Below, in pieces: positions 38,964 through 49,396 of a stretch of 64,000 nt of DNA; the stretch's first letter is position 1; each line of letters opens with the position of its first letter. Source of the DNA: Waterburya sp. (GTDB taxonomy: Bacteria > Cyanobacteriota > Cyanobacteriia > Cyanobacteriales > Xenococcaceae); contig CBDCJV010000002.1 of NCBI GenBank assembly GCA_965217895.1, positions 4,896,001-4,960,000 on the forward strand, written 5' to 3'. The position numbers and the translations under genes were made by a program. A model generated the notes under the pieces. That model had not been told where the DNA came from. It did not search any database and saw only the letters and a program-made list of their open reading frames with translations.

Positions 38964-41363
38964 TTGAGTTTAGCTAAAAACATAAAACTAAAATGCAAAA
39001 CTACTATGGAAGAAACGCGAGATAGTATTGCAGATATTTGGGGTCAACGAACTCCCTATGTAGACAATTGGCCGACTAGAGTGGACGAGCGCATTCTTGA
39101 AAAACCCGAACGATGGGTGCAATCTGCTTGTATGCTCTGCTCGAATGGCTGTGGCATGGATATTGGCGTGAAAGGCGATCGCCTTGTCGGGGTTCGCGGT
39201 CGGGCTGTCGATGCCGTCAACCACGGCAGATTAGGACCAAAAGGTTTGCATAGCTGGATCGCAAATCATAGTAAAGATCGTCTCAAGAATCCTTTAGTTC
39301 GACGTAACGGTCAACTAGAAGAAGCAAGCTGGGATGAAGCAATGGATTTAATCGTGGAGCGTTCCCAAGAAATCATCGCTAAACATACCAGTGGCGCGAT
39401 CGGTTTTTATACTAGCGGACAACTATTTTTAGAAGAATATTACACTTTGGGCGTTATTGGCAAGGCAGGCTTGGGTACGCCTCACATGGATGGCAACACA
39501 CGCCTGTGTACGGCGACGGCAGCAGCAGCGTTACAGGAGACGTTTGGCTCGGACGGACAGCCGGGTTCTTACACCGACCTAGACACTACCGATGCCATTT
39601 TGCACGTCGGACATAACATTGCCGAACAACAGACCGTGTTATGGATGCGAATTCTCGATCGCCGCAGGGGTTCAAAGCCTCCGAAATTAGTGGTCATCGA
39701 CCCCCGCACTACTCCTACAGCTAAAGAAGCAGACGTACATCTAGCACCGCGCCTTGGGACAAATATTCCAGTTATGAACGGTCTGCTTAATTTAATTATT
39801 GAAGCTGGACAGATTGACAGGGATTATATTCAAGCTCATACGGTTGGCTTCGAGCAGTTGAAATCAACGGTGAGTCAATGGAGTTGCGATCGCGTCGAAG
39901 AAGTAACGGGAATACCTGCCGAGAAGTTACGCGCTGCTGCCGATATTTTGGGTTCGACTCCGACGTTGGTATCTACTGCCCTTCAAGGAGTTTACCAATC
40001 GATGCAGGGAACGGCAACAGCCTGTCAGATTAATAATTTACATTTAATTCGTGGTTTAATCGGGCGTTCGGGTTGTGGCATTTACCAAATGAACGGTCAA
40101 CCGACGGCACAAAACACCCGTGAATGTGGTGCTGATGGCGCGCTGCCAGCCTTTCGTAATTGGGATAATCCCGAACACATTGAAGAACTGGCAAGACTTT
40201 GGAATGTAGAACCAAACATTATTCCCCACTGGGCACCTCCAACCCACGCCATGCAAATTTGGCGTTATGCAGAGAAAAGTTCGATTAAAATGTTGTGGAT
40301 TAGTGCCACCAATCCAGCCGTATCCCTGCCCGATCTCCCTCGCGTCCGTCGCATTCTCGAACAGGATGAGTTGTTTACCATCGTACAAGACCCGTTTATG
40401 ACAGAAACAGCCCAACGTGCCGATGTAGTTTTACCCGCAGCAATTTGGGGCGAAAAAACGGGTTGCTATACCAATGTCGATCGCACCGTCCATATTTCTC
40501 ATCAGGCGATCGCTCCTCCAGGAGAAGCGCGATCGGATTTAGAAATTTTCCTTGACTATGCCCGTCGGATGGATTTTCGCGACAAGGATGGCGCGCCTTT
40601 GATTAAGTGGAGCGATGCAGAAGGAGCTTTTGAGGCTTGGAAAGAATGCACTCGCGGTCGTCCTTGTGACTATACTGGCATGAGCTATGCCAAGCTAAGA
40701 GGTTCGGGGATTCAGTGGCCCTGTAACGAACAGTTTCCCAATGGGACACCCCATCTCTACACTGATGGCGTATTTAATACCAGTGCCGATTATTGCGAAA
40801 ACTTCGGTCACGATTTAGTTACTGGTGCTGCCGTCACACCAGAAGAATACCGCGCCAAAGATCCTCAAGGCAAAGCTTTTCTCAAAGCTGCCGACTATCA
40901 ACCACCCCACGAACAGCCCGATGAAGAATATCCACTCTGGTTAACTACTGGTCGAGTCGTCTATCACTTTCATACTAGAACCAAAACAGGAAGGTCAAAA
41001 GAACTCTCCAAGGCTGCCCCAGATGCCTTTGTTCAGATTTCTTCAGAAGATGCAAGAAAGTATGGGATTGAAGACGGCGACCTGGTTGAAGTAAAATCCC
41101 GTCGGGGTCGAGTGATTGAACCCGCTCGAATTGGGGATATCGAACCAAGACACGTATTTATTCCCTTTCATTACGGTTATTGGGACAATCCAGACCGCCC
41201 TCGTGCTGCCAACGAGTTAACCATTACCGAATGGGATCCAGTCAGTAAGCAGCCTCATTATAAATATGCTGCCGTCAAAATTAATCCCCTAGCGCGAGTT
41301 CGGGAAGTCGAAGCACAAAGCGATTACGAAGTAGCAGCCCAGCGATCGCCAAACAGTAAGTAG
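38964..41363 (+). CDS. molybdopterin oxidoreductase, nitrate-reductase-like (likely start ATG 39006)
   Basis: CMLCSNGC, YTSGQ, DGNTRLC, GQP, LTTGRV..HFHT.TKTGR, FIPFHY, DPVSKQP. Confidence 0.88.
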   Translation: MSLAKNIKLKCKTTMEETRDSIADIWGQRTPYVDNWPTRVDERILEKPERWVQSACMLCSNGCGMDIGVKGDRLVGVRGRAVDAVNHGRLGPKGLHSWIANHSKDRLKNPLVRRNGQLEEASWDEAMDLIVERSQEIIAKHTSGAIGFYTSGQLFLEEYYTLGVIGKAGLGTPHMDGNTRLCTATAAAALQETFGSDGQPGSYTDLDTTDAILHVGHNIAEQQTVLWMRILDRRRGSKPPKLVVIDPRTTPTAKEADVHLAPRLGTNIPVMNGLLNLIIEAGQIDRDYIQAHTVGFEQLKSTVSQWSCDRVEEVTGIPAEKLRAAADILGSTPTLVSTALQGVYQSMQGTATACQINNLHLIRGLIGRSGCGIYQMNGQPTAQNTRECGADGALPAFRNWDNPEHIEELARLWNVEPNIIPHWAPPTHAMQIWRYAEKSSIKMLWISATNPAVSLPDLPRVRRILEQDELFTIVQDPFMTETAQRADVVLPAAIWGEKTGCYTNVDRTVHISHQAIAPPGEARSDLEIFLDYARRMDFRDKDGAPLIKWSDAEGAFEAWKECTRGRPCDYTGMSYAKLRGSGIQWPCNEQFPNGTPHLYTDGVFNTSADYCENFGHDLVTGAAVTPEEYRAKDPQGKAFLKAADYQPPHEQPDEEYPLWLTTGRVVYHFHTRTKTGRSKELSKAAPDAFVQISSEDARKYGIEDGDLVEVKSRRGRVIEPARIGDIEPRHVFIPFHYGYWDNPDRPRAANELTITEWDPVSKQPHYKYAAVKINPLARVREVEAQSDYEVAAQRSPNSK

Positions 41364-41833
41364 TGAGAAGTAAAATGCACGTAGGAAATTATTTGGGATT
41401 AATTCACCATAGCGAGCAACAGCTTGCCGATGCGTTTGAGACAATTGCCGAACATCATGGGGACGAACCAGATATCTATCAAAATTGTCTGCTGTTATCG
41501 TCTTGGTCGCAGCAACACGTCCAAGCACTCAAACCACTAATCGATCGCTATTCAGAAACAAAAAGCGAAGAACCAGAGCGACTTACTAAAACACTGTTTG
41601 AAGAACCGCGCACTGGTAGTCTTGCTTTACTGCGAGATTTACACGATCTTTGGTTGCTAGCTAATGAAGTATATTTGTGCTGGATAGTTTTATTACAGGC
41701 AGCACAAGCTTTAAGAGATCGAGAATTAGAAACAGTGTGTCAGCAATTGGATGACGAAACCAAGCGACAGATTTCTTGGTTAATGACTCGAATCAAACAC
41801 GCTTCACCACAGACATTAGTAGTTGCAGAGTAA
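41363..41833 (+). CDS. ferritin-like/helical hypothetical protein coupled to the Mo enzyme
   Basis: HHSE, HGDEPD, LLRDLHDL; its start overlaps the upstream stop. Confidence 0.65.
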   Translation: MRSKMHVGNYLGLIHHSEQQLADAFETIAEHHGDEPDIYQNCLLLSSWSQQHVQALKPLIDRYSETKSEEPERLTKTLFEEPRTGSLALLRDLHDLWLLANEVYLCWIVLLQAAQALRDRELETVCQQLDDETKRQISWLMTRIKHASPQTLVVAE

Positions 41834-41845
41834 GGAGTTGCGATC

Positions 41846-42379
41846 GTGACTAAAAATAGCCAAAACAATCAACCTTCAGAAAACTGGTTTTCTAAATTAC
41901 CAGATTTTATTTGGGCACCTTTAGCTTCTGGTTTATTAATCCTCGCAGTTGGTCTAATTGGTGTGACAGTAGGTCAACCGTGGCTGTTTCCCAGTCTGGG
42001 ACCTACTGTATTTTTACTGGTTGAAAATCCTCAATTGCCTTCGGCTCGATTTTATAACATTGTTGTTGGTCATGCGATCGGATTTGGTGCTGGTTGTCTT
42101 GCTGTAACTGTTATGGGTGCTGGAAATGCTCCAGGAGTACTTGCGTCTAACCAACTTACCCTGATTCGCGTTTGGACTGCTTTGCTAGCGGTACTATTAA
42201 ATATGTTGGGAGTTATACTCGCCCGTGCTTCTCATCCACCCTCGGCTGCTACAACCTTACTGGTTGCTCTTGGTGGTTTTAAACCAACTTGGCACAATGC
42301 ACTAACAGTAATTATTGGCGTTTTTCTCGTAGCGATAATAGGCGAGGGATTGCGATTTTTAAGACTTAGCAAAACATAA
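41846..42379 (+). CDS. HPP family membrane protein
   Basis: FPSLGPT, HPPSAATTL. Confidence 0.9.
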   Translation: MTKNSQNNQPSENWFSKLPDFIWAPLASGLLILAVGLIGVTVGQPWLFPSLGPTVFLLVENPQLPSARFYNIVVGHAIGFGAGCLAVTVMGAGNAPGVLASNQLTLIRVWTALLAVLLNMLGVILARASHPPSAATTLLVALGGFKPTWHNALTVIIGVFLVAIIGEGLRFLRLSKT

Positions 42380-42658
42380 TTTGAATTGAGAAATTTTAGT
42401 TTGTTATTTGCTTTTAGCAATTCTTTTTTTACTAGTCAACCTAAATTTTTCTGACAAAAAACTTTTCAATTTGTTCCAACTTGAAGATGACTTTTACATT
42501 ATTGACTGAACTTTAGGATAGAACAAATTTGCCAGATATTTTGATTGATGATTTAGAATTCTTATCGCTCATTGGAACGAAAAAATAAGTTTTTTTCCCT
42601 CCACTTCCTCTGCCTTTGAAGCCTGTCTCAGCTATCAAATGTAAAAAGTCTATTGTAA

Positions 42659-44809
42659 GTGTCTCTTATGTCTACAAAAGTTACTGTTAATTCTAATCAG
42701 ATCGCAATTAACGATGGTTCTTCGTTCTTAGTCACAGCCAGCGATGGTTCTATCGATGACGATCGCGCCCAAGGTTTTTTTGTAAGTGATACACGCTTAA
42801 TTTCTTACTACGAAATTTCTCTCAATCGTTATTCACTTTCACTATTAGCTTCTAGCAACATCACCCATCATAGTGCGCTGTACCAATTTACTAACCCGCA
42901 ATTTCCTACGGTTAATGGCAATTTACCTTCTGGGAGTTTGCTGGTAACCATCCGACGCGATATTGTCGGGGGGATGCACGAAGATATAGATATTACCAAT
43001 CATCACCAAGAAGCAGTAGAGTTTCAACTGATGCTGGCAATTCGTTCTGATTTTGCCGATATCTTTGAGGTAAAAGCCAAGAATGTTTTAATCAGAGGAG
43101 AAACAGCAACAACTTGGAAAGATGGCATACTCTCTACCGAGTATCGTAATGGTGATTTTTCACGAGGCATTGTAACTGAGGCAGTTAATACGAGTTCAAC
43201 AGTAAGATATGCTAACGGTCGTTTGATGTTTGATGTAGCGATACCTGCGGTAAGCTGCGCTAACGCTCCTGGTAAAACATGGCATACTTGTCTCAACTTT
43301 ACAGCTAAAGCTAATGGAAATATTCTCAAACCTGAAGCTACCTGTGCAGTGACTCACAGTACACCAGCGGGAAAAGTTAGAGACGACTTTCTAAATAATG
43401 CCACCAAGTTGCGATCGTCTAATGCAGAGATTCAAGCATTTTATCATCAGGCGATCGTCGATCTGGGCGCGCTGCGGATTAAAGTCGATGATAACGGGCA
43501 TCAGTTTTGGATGCCTGCTGCTGGTATTCCCTGGTTTGTTGCAGTTTTTGGACGCGACTCAATTATTGCTAGCCTGCAAACAATGGCGGTTTACCACGAA
43601 TTTGCTCATGGTACGCTTGTAAGATTATCTCAACTACAGGCAAAACAGTTAGATGACTGGCACGATGCCCAACCAGGCAAGATGCTGCACGAACTGCGTC
43701 ATGATGAGCTAACAAAAATAAATAAACTCCCGTACAGTCCTTACTACGGCACAGTAGATACCACTATTCTTTGGATTGTTACTTTAGCTGAAGCCTATGC
43801 TTGGAATGCTGACTTTGGTATGCTGGATGAGTGTCGATCGCCACTCTTAAAGGCATTAAATTGGATCGATAAATACGGCGATTTTGATGGCGATGGATTT
43901 GTTGAGTATTTAACTCATTCTAATGACGGATTACGTAATCAAGGCTGGAAAGATTCTGGTGATGCAATAGTTTATCCCAATGGTCAGTTAGTCGAGCCAC
44001 CAATAACTTTATGTGAACTACAGGGTTACGTCTACGATGCTTGGCTCAAAGCAGCTTCAATTTATGAGGTGTGGGGAGAAAAAGAACAAGCCAAACACCT
44101 ACGCCAAAAAGCAGAGTCACTTTATCAACGATTCAATGAACAATTCTGGATGGAATCAGAAGGTTTTTATTGTCTTGGTCTAGATAATAACAAGCAGCAA
44201 ATTAAGACTATTGCTTCAAATCCTGGTCATCTTTTGTGGTCTGGTATTGTACCCGAAGAACGAGCCACCAAAGTTGTCGAACGACTTTTCCAACCAGATA
44301 TGTGGTGTGGTTGGGGTGTGCGGACTCTTTCTGCGAAACATCGAGCTTATAACCCGATTAGTTATCAACTGGGTAGTATTTGGCCTCACGATAACTCGAT
44401 TATTGCCGCAGGATTAAAGCGTTATGGCTATCACGAAGAAGCGGGCGAGATTGCCGAGGGGATTTTTGCTGCTGCTAGTTATTTTCAAGCTGGGCGGATG
44501 CCAGAATTATTTGCGGGAATTGAACGCCGAGAAGATAACTTTCCAGTCCCCTATCCCGATGCTAATGTACCCCAAGCTTGGGCTGCTGGCTCGATTCCAT
44601 TTCTAATTCGTAGCATTTTAGGGCTTGAAGCCGATGCACCACAGCGAAAGTTAAAAGTCCAGCCTAATTTACCAGAGTGCTTGCCAGATTTAGAACTGAC
44701 AAATCTAAGTGTAGGAGACGCTACAGTTGCATTACGGTTTTGGCGCGAAGGCAAAAAAACTCAATGGAAAGTTACTGCTTTAGATGGTGAATTAAAAGTT
44801 TATCAATAG
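42659..44809 (+). CDS. amylo-alpha-1,6-glucosidase / glycogen debranching family
   Basis: AAGIPWF...FGRDS, PGKMLHE, NQGWKDS, ELQGY, GSIWPHDN, PQAWAA. Confidence 0.9.
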   Translation: MSLMSTKVTVNSNQIAINDGSSFLVTASDGSIDDDRAQGFFVSDTRLISYYEISLNRYSLSLLASSNITHHSALYQFTNPQFPTVNGNLPSGSLLVTIRRDIVGGMHEDIDITNHHQEAVEFQLMLAIRSDFADIFEVKAKNVLIRGETATTWKDGILSTEYRNGDFSRGIVTEAVNTSSTVRYANGRLMFDVAIPAVSCANAPGKTWHTCLNFTAKANGNILKPEATCAVTHSTPAGKVRDDFLNNATKLRSSNAEIQAFYHQAIVDLGALRIKVDDNGHQFWMPAAGIPWFVAVFGRDSIIASLQTMAVYHEFAHGTLVRLSQLQAKQLDDWHDAQPGKMLHELRHDELTKINKLPYSPYYGTVDTTILWIVTLAEAYAWNADFGMLDECRSPLLKALNWIDKYGDFDGDGFVEYLTHSNDGLRNQGWKDSGDAIVYPNGQLVEPPITLCELQGYVYDAWLKAASIYEVWGEKEQAKHLRQKAESLYQRFNEQFWMESEGFYCLGLDNNKQQIKTIASNPGHLLWSGIVPEERATKVVERLFQPDMWCGWGVRTLSAKHRAYNPISYQLGSIWPHDNSIIAAGLKRYGYHEEAGEIAEGIFAAASYFQAGRMPELFAGIERREDNFPVPYPDANVPQAWAAGSIPFLIRSILGLEADAPQRKLKVQPNLPECLPDLELTNLSVGDATVALRFWREGKKTQWKVTALDGELKVYQ
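43243..43263. mobile_element. 21-nt insertion splitting a HIP1 site (SDR5-like)
   Basis: GCGAT[ACCTGCGGTAAGCTGCGCTAA]CGC, in frame inside the debranching gene. Confidence 0.75.
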
Positions 44810-45092
44810 CTAAAGATTCCTAGATTTAAAGTATTACTCAATTATAGAGAGCGAATTTTCTAAAAATTTCAAAGAGCGAGAAATAGCATTAACTGTGTAA
44901 AGTTTAAAAGTAAAAATTTGTCAAAAATATCCTGAAATCAAACAGACTTAAAATCAAAGGTTTTTTACTAAAAAGTTTTGTTTTGTTCTTACTGAAGATG
45001 GATTTTTCCTAACTGAATCAACTTTACGATCTAAAGAAACCTTCAAACTCACAAAAATCTAATTCTCTCTTAAAGGAATTAAGGAGTGCCTA

Positions 45093-45791
45093 ATGCCAAG
45101 CTGGTTGTACAATTTAGCCATTCTTTCCCTAATTACAGCAGGAATTTGTGCGCTAATTATGGCGATTGATATTTTAGGTAAACATCCTCAAAATATGTGG
45201 ATTATGTCAATCGTATGGCCGATCACCGCGCTATGGTCGGGGCCAGTGGGGCTATACGCCTATTACAAAGTAGGTCGATTAAGCAGTAAGAAACGAGTTC
45301 AACGGGCAAAAGATCGGGGCGAAAAAACCCCCAACAAAAAGAAACCATTTTGGCAAAGCGTGGGCGTTGGGGCGACTCACTGTGGCAGTGGCTGTACCCT
45401 GGCAGATATTTGTGCAGAATGGTTTGCTTTCTTTGTTCCCGTCGTAGTTTTTGGCAGTCATATTCTTGATACCTGGATACTAGATTATGTTGTGGCACTT
45501 GTCTTGGGAATCGCATTTCAATATTTCACCATCAAACCGATGCGGGGATTATCGGTGGTGGATGGATTAAAAGCAGCGGTGAAAGCAGATATCCTGTCGT
45601 TAACTGCATGGCAGGTAGGGATGTATGGCTGGATGGCGATCGCTTTCTTTGTTTTATTCTCACCAGAAACCTTAAAACCGACTACTCCAGTGTTTTGGTT
45701 GATGATGCAAATTGGCATGGCTTTGGGTTTCCTTACCAGTTATTTAGTTAACTGGTGGTTGCTCAAACAAAACATCAAAGAAGTTATGTAA
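45093..45791 (+). CDS. DUF4396 family membrane protein
   Basis: THCGSGCTLAD, FQYFTI.PM, KADILS, FWLMMQ, NWWL. Confidence 0.85.
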   Translation: MPSWLYNLAILSLITAGICALIMAIDILGKHPQNMWIMSIVWPITALWSGPVGLYAYYKVGRLSSKKRVQRAKDRGEKTPNKKKPFWQSVGVGATHCGSGCTLADICAEWFAFFVPVVVFGSHILDTWILDYVVALVLGIAFQYFTIKPMRGLSVVDGLKAAVKADILSLTAWQVGMYGWMAIAFFVLFSPETLKPTTPVFWLMMQIGMALGFLTSYLVNWWLLKQNIKEVM

Positions 45792-45819
45792 ACCAAGTTA
45801 AGATTTTTTTGAAATAATT

Positions 45820-48243
45820 ATGGTTAAATTTCTCGACCGACAACAGGCATTTGGCGCACCAGGAATCGAACCTCGTTGGACTCATAGTAATAAAGAAGGA
45901 GTTGGCACGGCATACTCCACCGCTAGTCGCCTTTGGTTTACAATTTGGAACGGCATTGTTACCGAAGTCTACTATCCCACTATAGATCGTCCTCAAGTTC
46001 GCGATCTCCAGTATCTTATTACTGACGGCAACAGTCTATTTCACGAAGAAAAGTGCGATCTCAAATCGAAAGTCGAAAAAATTGACGCTCGTACTTTAGG
46101 ATATCGCATTACTAATAGTGACCCAAATGGACGTTATACCATTACCAAAGAAGTAATTAGCGATCCTCATCTATCTTGTCTTTTGCAACACACGAAGTTG
46201 AATGGAAATCCAGAAGATCTTTCTAAGTTAAAGCTATATGCTTTGTGTGCGCCTCACCTGGAGGTTGGCGGTTGGGGCAATAATGCTCAAATTGTTGAAG
46301 TTGGCGGAAAAAAAATTTTGACAGCACAAAAAGGGGATAATTGGCTAGCGATCGCAGCGACAATTCCTTTTACCCATGTTTCCTGCGGCTATGTCGGTCA
46401 GAGTGATGGTTGGACAGATCTGGCTGATAACTACCAACTAGATTGGCAATTTGATCGCGCAAGCAATGGTAACGTGGCATTAACGGGGGAACTAGACTTA
46501 AAACAGAGTCATGAGTTTACCCTAGGACTTGCTTTTGGCACTACCGTTCACAACGCTATTTCAACCTTGTGGCAATCGTTGTCAACTCCTTTTCAAGAGC
46601 AACAGCAAGACTATCAAAAACAGTGGTCGCGTACTTGTGATGACATTTTGCCTTTAGAAAAAGTTTCTGGCGATGAAGGTAAGCTATATCACACTAGCCA
46701 TAGTCTACTACTGACCCACGAAGATAAAACTTATCCTGGTGCTTTGATTGCTTCTCTGACAATTCCCTGGGGTGAATCTAAAGGGGACAGCGATCGCGGC
46801 GGCTATCATCTTGTTTGGACGCGGGATATGGTTAGTTCGGCAGCAGGATTAATGGCAGCAGGACACAACGCTATAGCCTTGCGATCGCTGATTTATCTTG
46901 CCACTACCCAAGAAGAAGATGGCGGCTTCGCCCAAAACTTCTGGATCGATGGTGAAGCTTACTGGACGGGAATTCAATTAGATGAAGTTGCTTTTCCCAT
47001 TCTACTGGCGCGCAAACTACACCAAGAAAACGCACTTTCTAACTTCGATATTTATCCGATGATTCTGCGTGCAGCAGAGTATTTAATTCGCCAAGGGCCA
47101 GCTACTCAAGAGGAGCGATGGGAAGAAAATAGTGGCTATTCTCCTTCGACTCTAGCTGCCTGTATTGCGGCCTTAATTTGTGCTGCCTGTATCGTACGCG
47201 AACACGGAGATGAAAATACGGCTCGGTTTATCGAAGAATATGCTGACTTTTTAGAATGCCACATTGAAGCTTGGACGGTGACGACTAAAGGAACACTAGT
47301 TCCAGGCATTAAACAGCACTATATTCGGATTACGCCAGCAGATTCTAGCAGTCCCCATCCCAACGAAGATCCTAACAACGGAACTGTAAATCTTACCAGC
47401 CGTCCTCCTAATAAGAAAAATGTCTTTCCCGCCAAAGAAATTGTCGATGGAGGCTTTTTGCAACTGGTTCGCTACGGTATTCGCGCTGCTGATGACCCGA
47501 TTATTGTCAATTCGGTCAAGGTAATCGATCGGGTTCTCAAAGTAGATACTCCTTTTGGTTTACTCTGGCATCGTTACAATCACGATGGCTACGGACAAAG
47601 AGAAGACGGAAGTGCTTATGACGGTTGGGGGACTGGACGGGGTTGGCCGTTATTAAGCGGGGAACGAGGACACTACGAGCTGGCATTAGGACACGATATA
47701 AAACCCTATATTGAAGCAATGGAAGGATTTGCTACCGATACAGGATTATTACCAGAACAAGCCTGGGACGAAGAGGATCTGCCCGATGCCCATATGTATT
47801 TAGGAAGACCTACAGGTTCGGCAATGCCTTTGTTATGGGCGCAGGCGGAATATGTTAAACTCCTACGCTCTACTAGTGATGGTCGGGTTTTTGATTCGAT
47901 CCCCGAAGTTGCCGAGCGGTACTTAGGCGATCGCAGTAAATGTAAATCTTTAGAAGTTTGGAAGTTCAACCGTCAAGTAGAGAAGATCGATCCAGAACAC
48001 ACCTTACGTATTCAAGCAACCGCACCTTTCCAACTCCATTGGACTCGGGATAACTGGCAAACGAACAAAGATACATCGTCAAGTACTACAGCTTTGACTA
48101 TTTATTTTGTCGATCTGACGATTTCAGATACTAAAGCAACAGCGATCGAGTTTACTTTCTTCTGGAGCAATTCTCATAGCTGGGAAGGACGTAACTATCA
48201 AATTGCAGTAAAAAGGGATGCGATCCCACATCCTACATCCTAA
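45820..48243 (+). CDS. GH15 glucoamylase/glucodextranase-like
   Basis: GGYHLVWTRD, QLDE, ERWEE, LPEQAW, PLLWAQAEY. Confidence 0.9.
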   Translation: MVKFLDRQQAFGAPGIEPRWTHSNKEGVGTAYSTASRLWFTIWNGIVTEVYYPTIDRPQVRDLQYLITDGNSLFHEEKCDLKSKVEKIDARTLGYRITNSDPNGRYTITKEVISDPHLSCLLQHTKLNGNPEDLSKLKLYALCAPHLEVGGWGNNAQIVEVGGKKILTAQKGDNWLAIAATIPFTHVSCGYVGQSDGWTDLADNYQLDWQFDRASNGNVALTGELDLKQSHEFTLGLAFGTTVHNAISTLWQSLSTPFQEQQQDYQKQWSRTCDDILPLEKVSGDEGKLYHTSHSLLLTHEDKTYPGALIASLTIPWGESKGDSDRGGYHLVWTRDMVSSAAGLMAAGHNAIALRSLIYLATTQEEDGGFAQNFWIDGEAYWTGIQLDEVAFPILLARKLHQENALSNFDIYPMILRAAEYLIRQGPATQEERWEENSGYSPSTLAACIAALICAACIVREHGDENTARFIEEYADFLECHIEAWTVTTKGTLVPGIKQHYIRITPADSSSPHPNEDPNNGTVNLTSRPPNKKNVFPAKEIVDGGFLQLVRYGIRAADDPIIVNSVKVIDRVLKVDTPFGLLWHRYNHDGYGQREDGSAYDGWGTGRGWPLLSGERGHYELALGHDIKPYIEAMEGFATDTGLLPEQAWDEEDLPDAHMYLGRPTGSAMPLLWAQAEYVKLLRSTSDGRVFDSIPEVAERYLGDRSKCKSLEVWKFNRQVEKIDPEHTLRIQATAPFQLHWTRDNWQTNKDTSSSTTALTIYFVDLTISDTKATAIEFTFFWSNSHSWEGRNYQIAVKRDAIPHPTS

Positions 48244-48334
48244 TACAACCCAAGTCTCTCGCTAGGTTCAAAAATTGGTATAACATTGAGATAATAACAT
48301 TTCCAACTTCAAGACCAGTGCCAGAGATAAAGCG

Positions 48335-49396
48335 ATGACTAAAAAACAATCTCTTTCTTTGATGGATAGACTTACTCAAGGTGCGCCGTTTGCTGTTTTA
48401 CTGTTATTATCTCTCCTCATCCTCTACCAACTTCGCGCGGTTTTAGAGCTTATTGCGATCGCCATTTTATTATCGCTAGTTTTTCAAACCTTACTGCATC
48501 AGCTAGAAAAATTGGTAAAAAAGCCTTGGCTAGCAGTTCTAATTCTATCCGTTGCCATCATTGGTTTAACCATAATGTTCCCCTTGGTTATTGTCCCTAG
48601 TCTTTTGGATCAGGTGGGAAAACTATCTTCACAATTACCACAATACATCAACAATTTAACCTCAGAGTCTCACAACCTCCACGAGCAATATCAACTTGTT
48701 CCCGATCTTTCTCAGGAAATTAGTAAATTAAAGAATTTTATCGATGGTGTTATCGGTTCATTACCCCAGATGCTAGCACAAGTCTTTGGGATTACTATTG
48801 AGGTGTTTGCTACAGTTGTTTTAGCTCTTTACATTACCAGTGACCCCAAATTTCTGATTAACGGACTGTTGAGATTTACACCGCGCCGTCATCATCAGCA
48901 AACAAAGCGCATCCTCAAAAATATCACATCAGGGCTTCAAGGCTGGATGACTGGTACACTATGGGCAATGCTGTTTCTTGGTGTTGGTACGATAATAGGA
49001 CTTTGGATTCTCGGCATTCCCTTGGCGTTATCTTTTGGTATTATTGCTGGTTTGCTAGAGGTAATTCCTTATGTTGGTAGTTTTGCTGGAGGCTTTTTAC
49101 CGGCGCTGGTTGCTTTAACTATCTCACCAGTAAAATTAATTTTGGTAATAATTTTATTTTTGATCCTCAACCAAATTGATGCTCATATTGTTCAACCCTT
49201 AGTTATGGGGCATCAAGTAAACATACATCCAATTGGCGTTATCGTAGCAATTTTAATTATGGGTGAACTGTTAGGCGTTATTGGTGTGATCTTTGCTATC
49301 CCTGCTGCGGTCATAATCATGAAGTTGCTCGATGAATTTACTCCACAGTCAAATTCTTCAAAACCCTCATTAGACCTCTTGCACAAATCACCATAA
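48335..49396 (+). CDS. AI-2E family transporter
   Basis: Multi-TM protein with IPYVG, VQPLVMG, IHPI, FAIPA. Confidence 0.88.
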   Translation: MTKKQSLSLMDRLTQGAPFAVLLLLSLLILYQLRAVLELIAIAILLSLVFQTLLHQLEKLVKKPWLAVLILSVAIIGLTIMFPLVIVPSLLDQVGKLSSQLPQYINNLTSESHNLHEQYQLVPDLSQEISKLKNFIDGVIGSLPQMLAQVFGITIEVFATVVLALYITSDPKFLINGLLRFTPRRHHQQTKRILKNITSGLQGWMTGTLWAMLFLGVGTIIGLWILGIPLALSFGIIAGLLEVIPYVGSFAGGFLPALVALTISPVKLILVIILFLILNQIDAHIVQPLVMGHQVNIHPIGVIVAILIMGELLGVIGVIFAIPAAVIIMKLLDEFTPQSNSSKPSLDLLHKSP

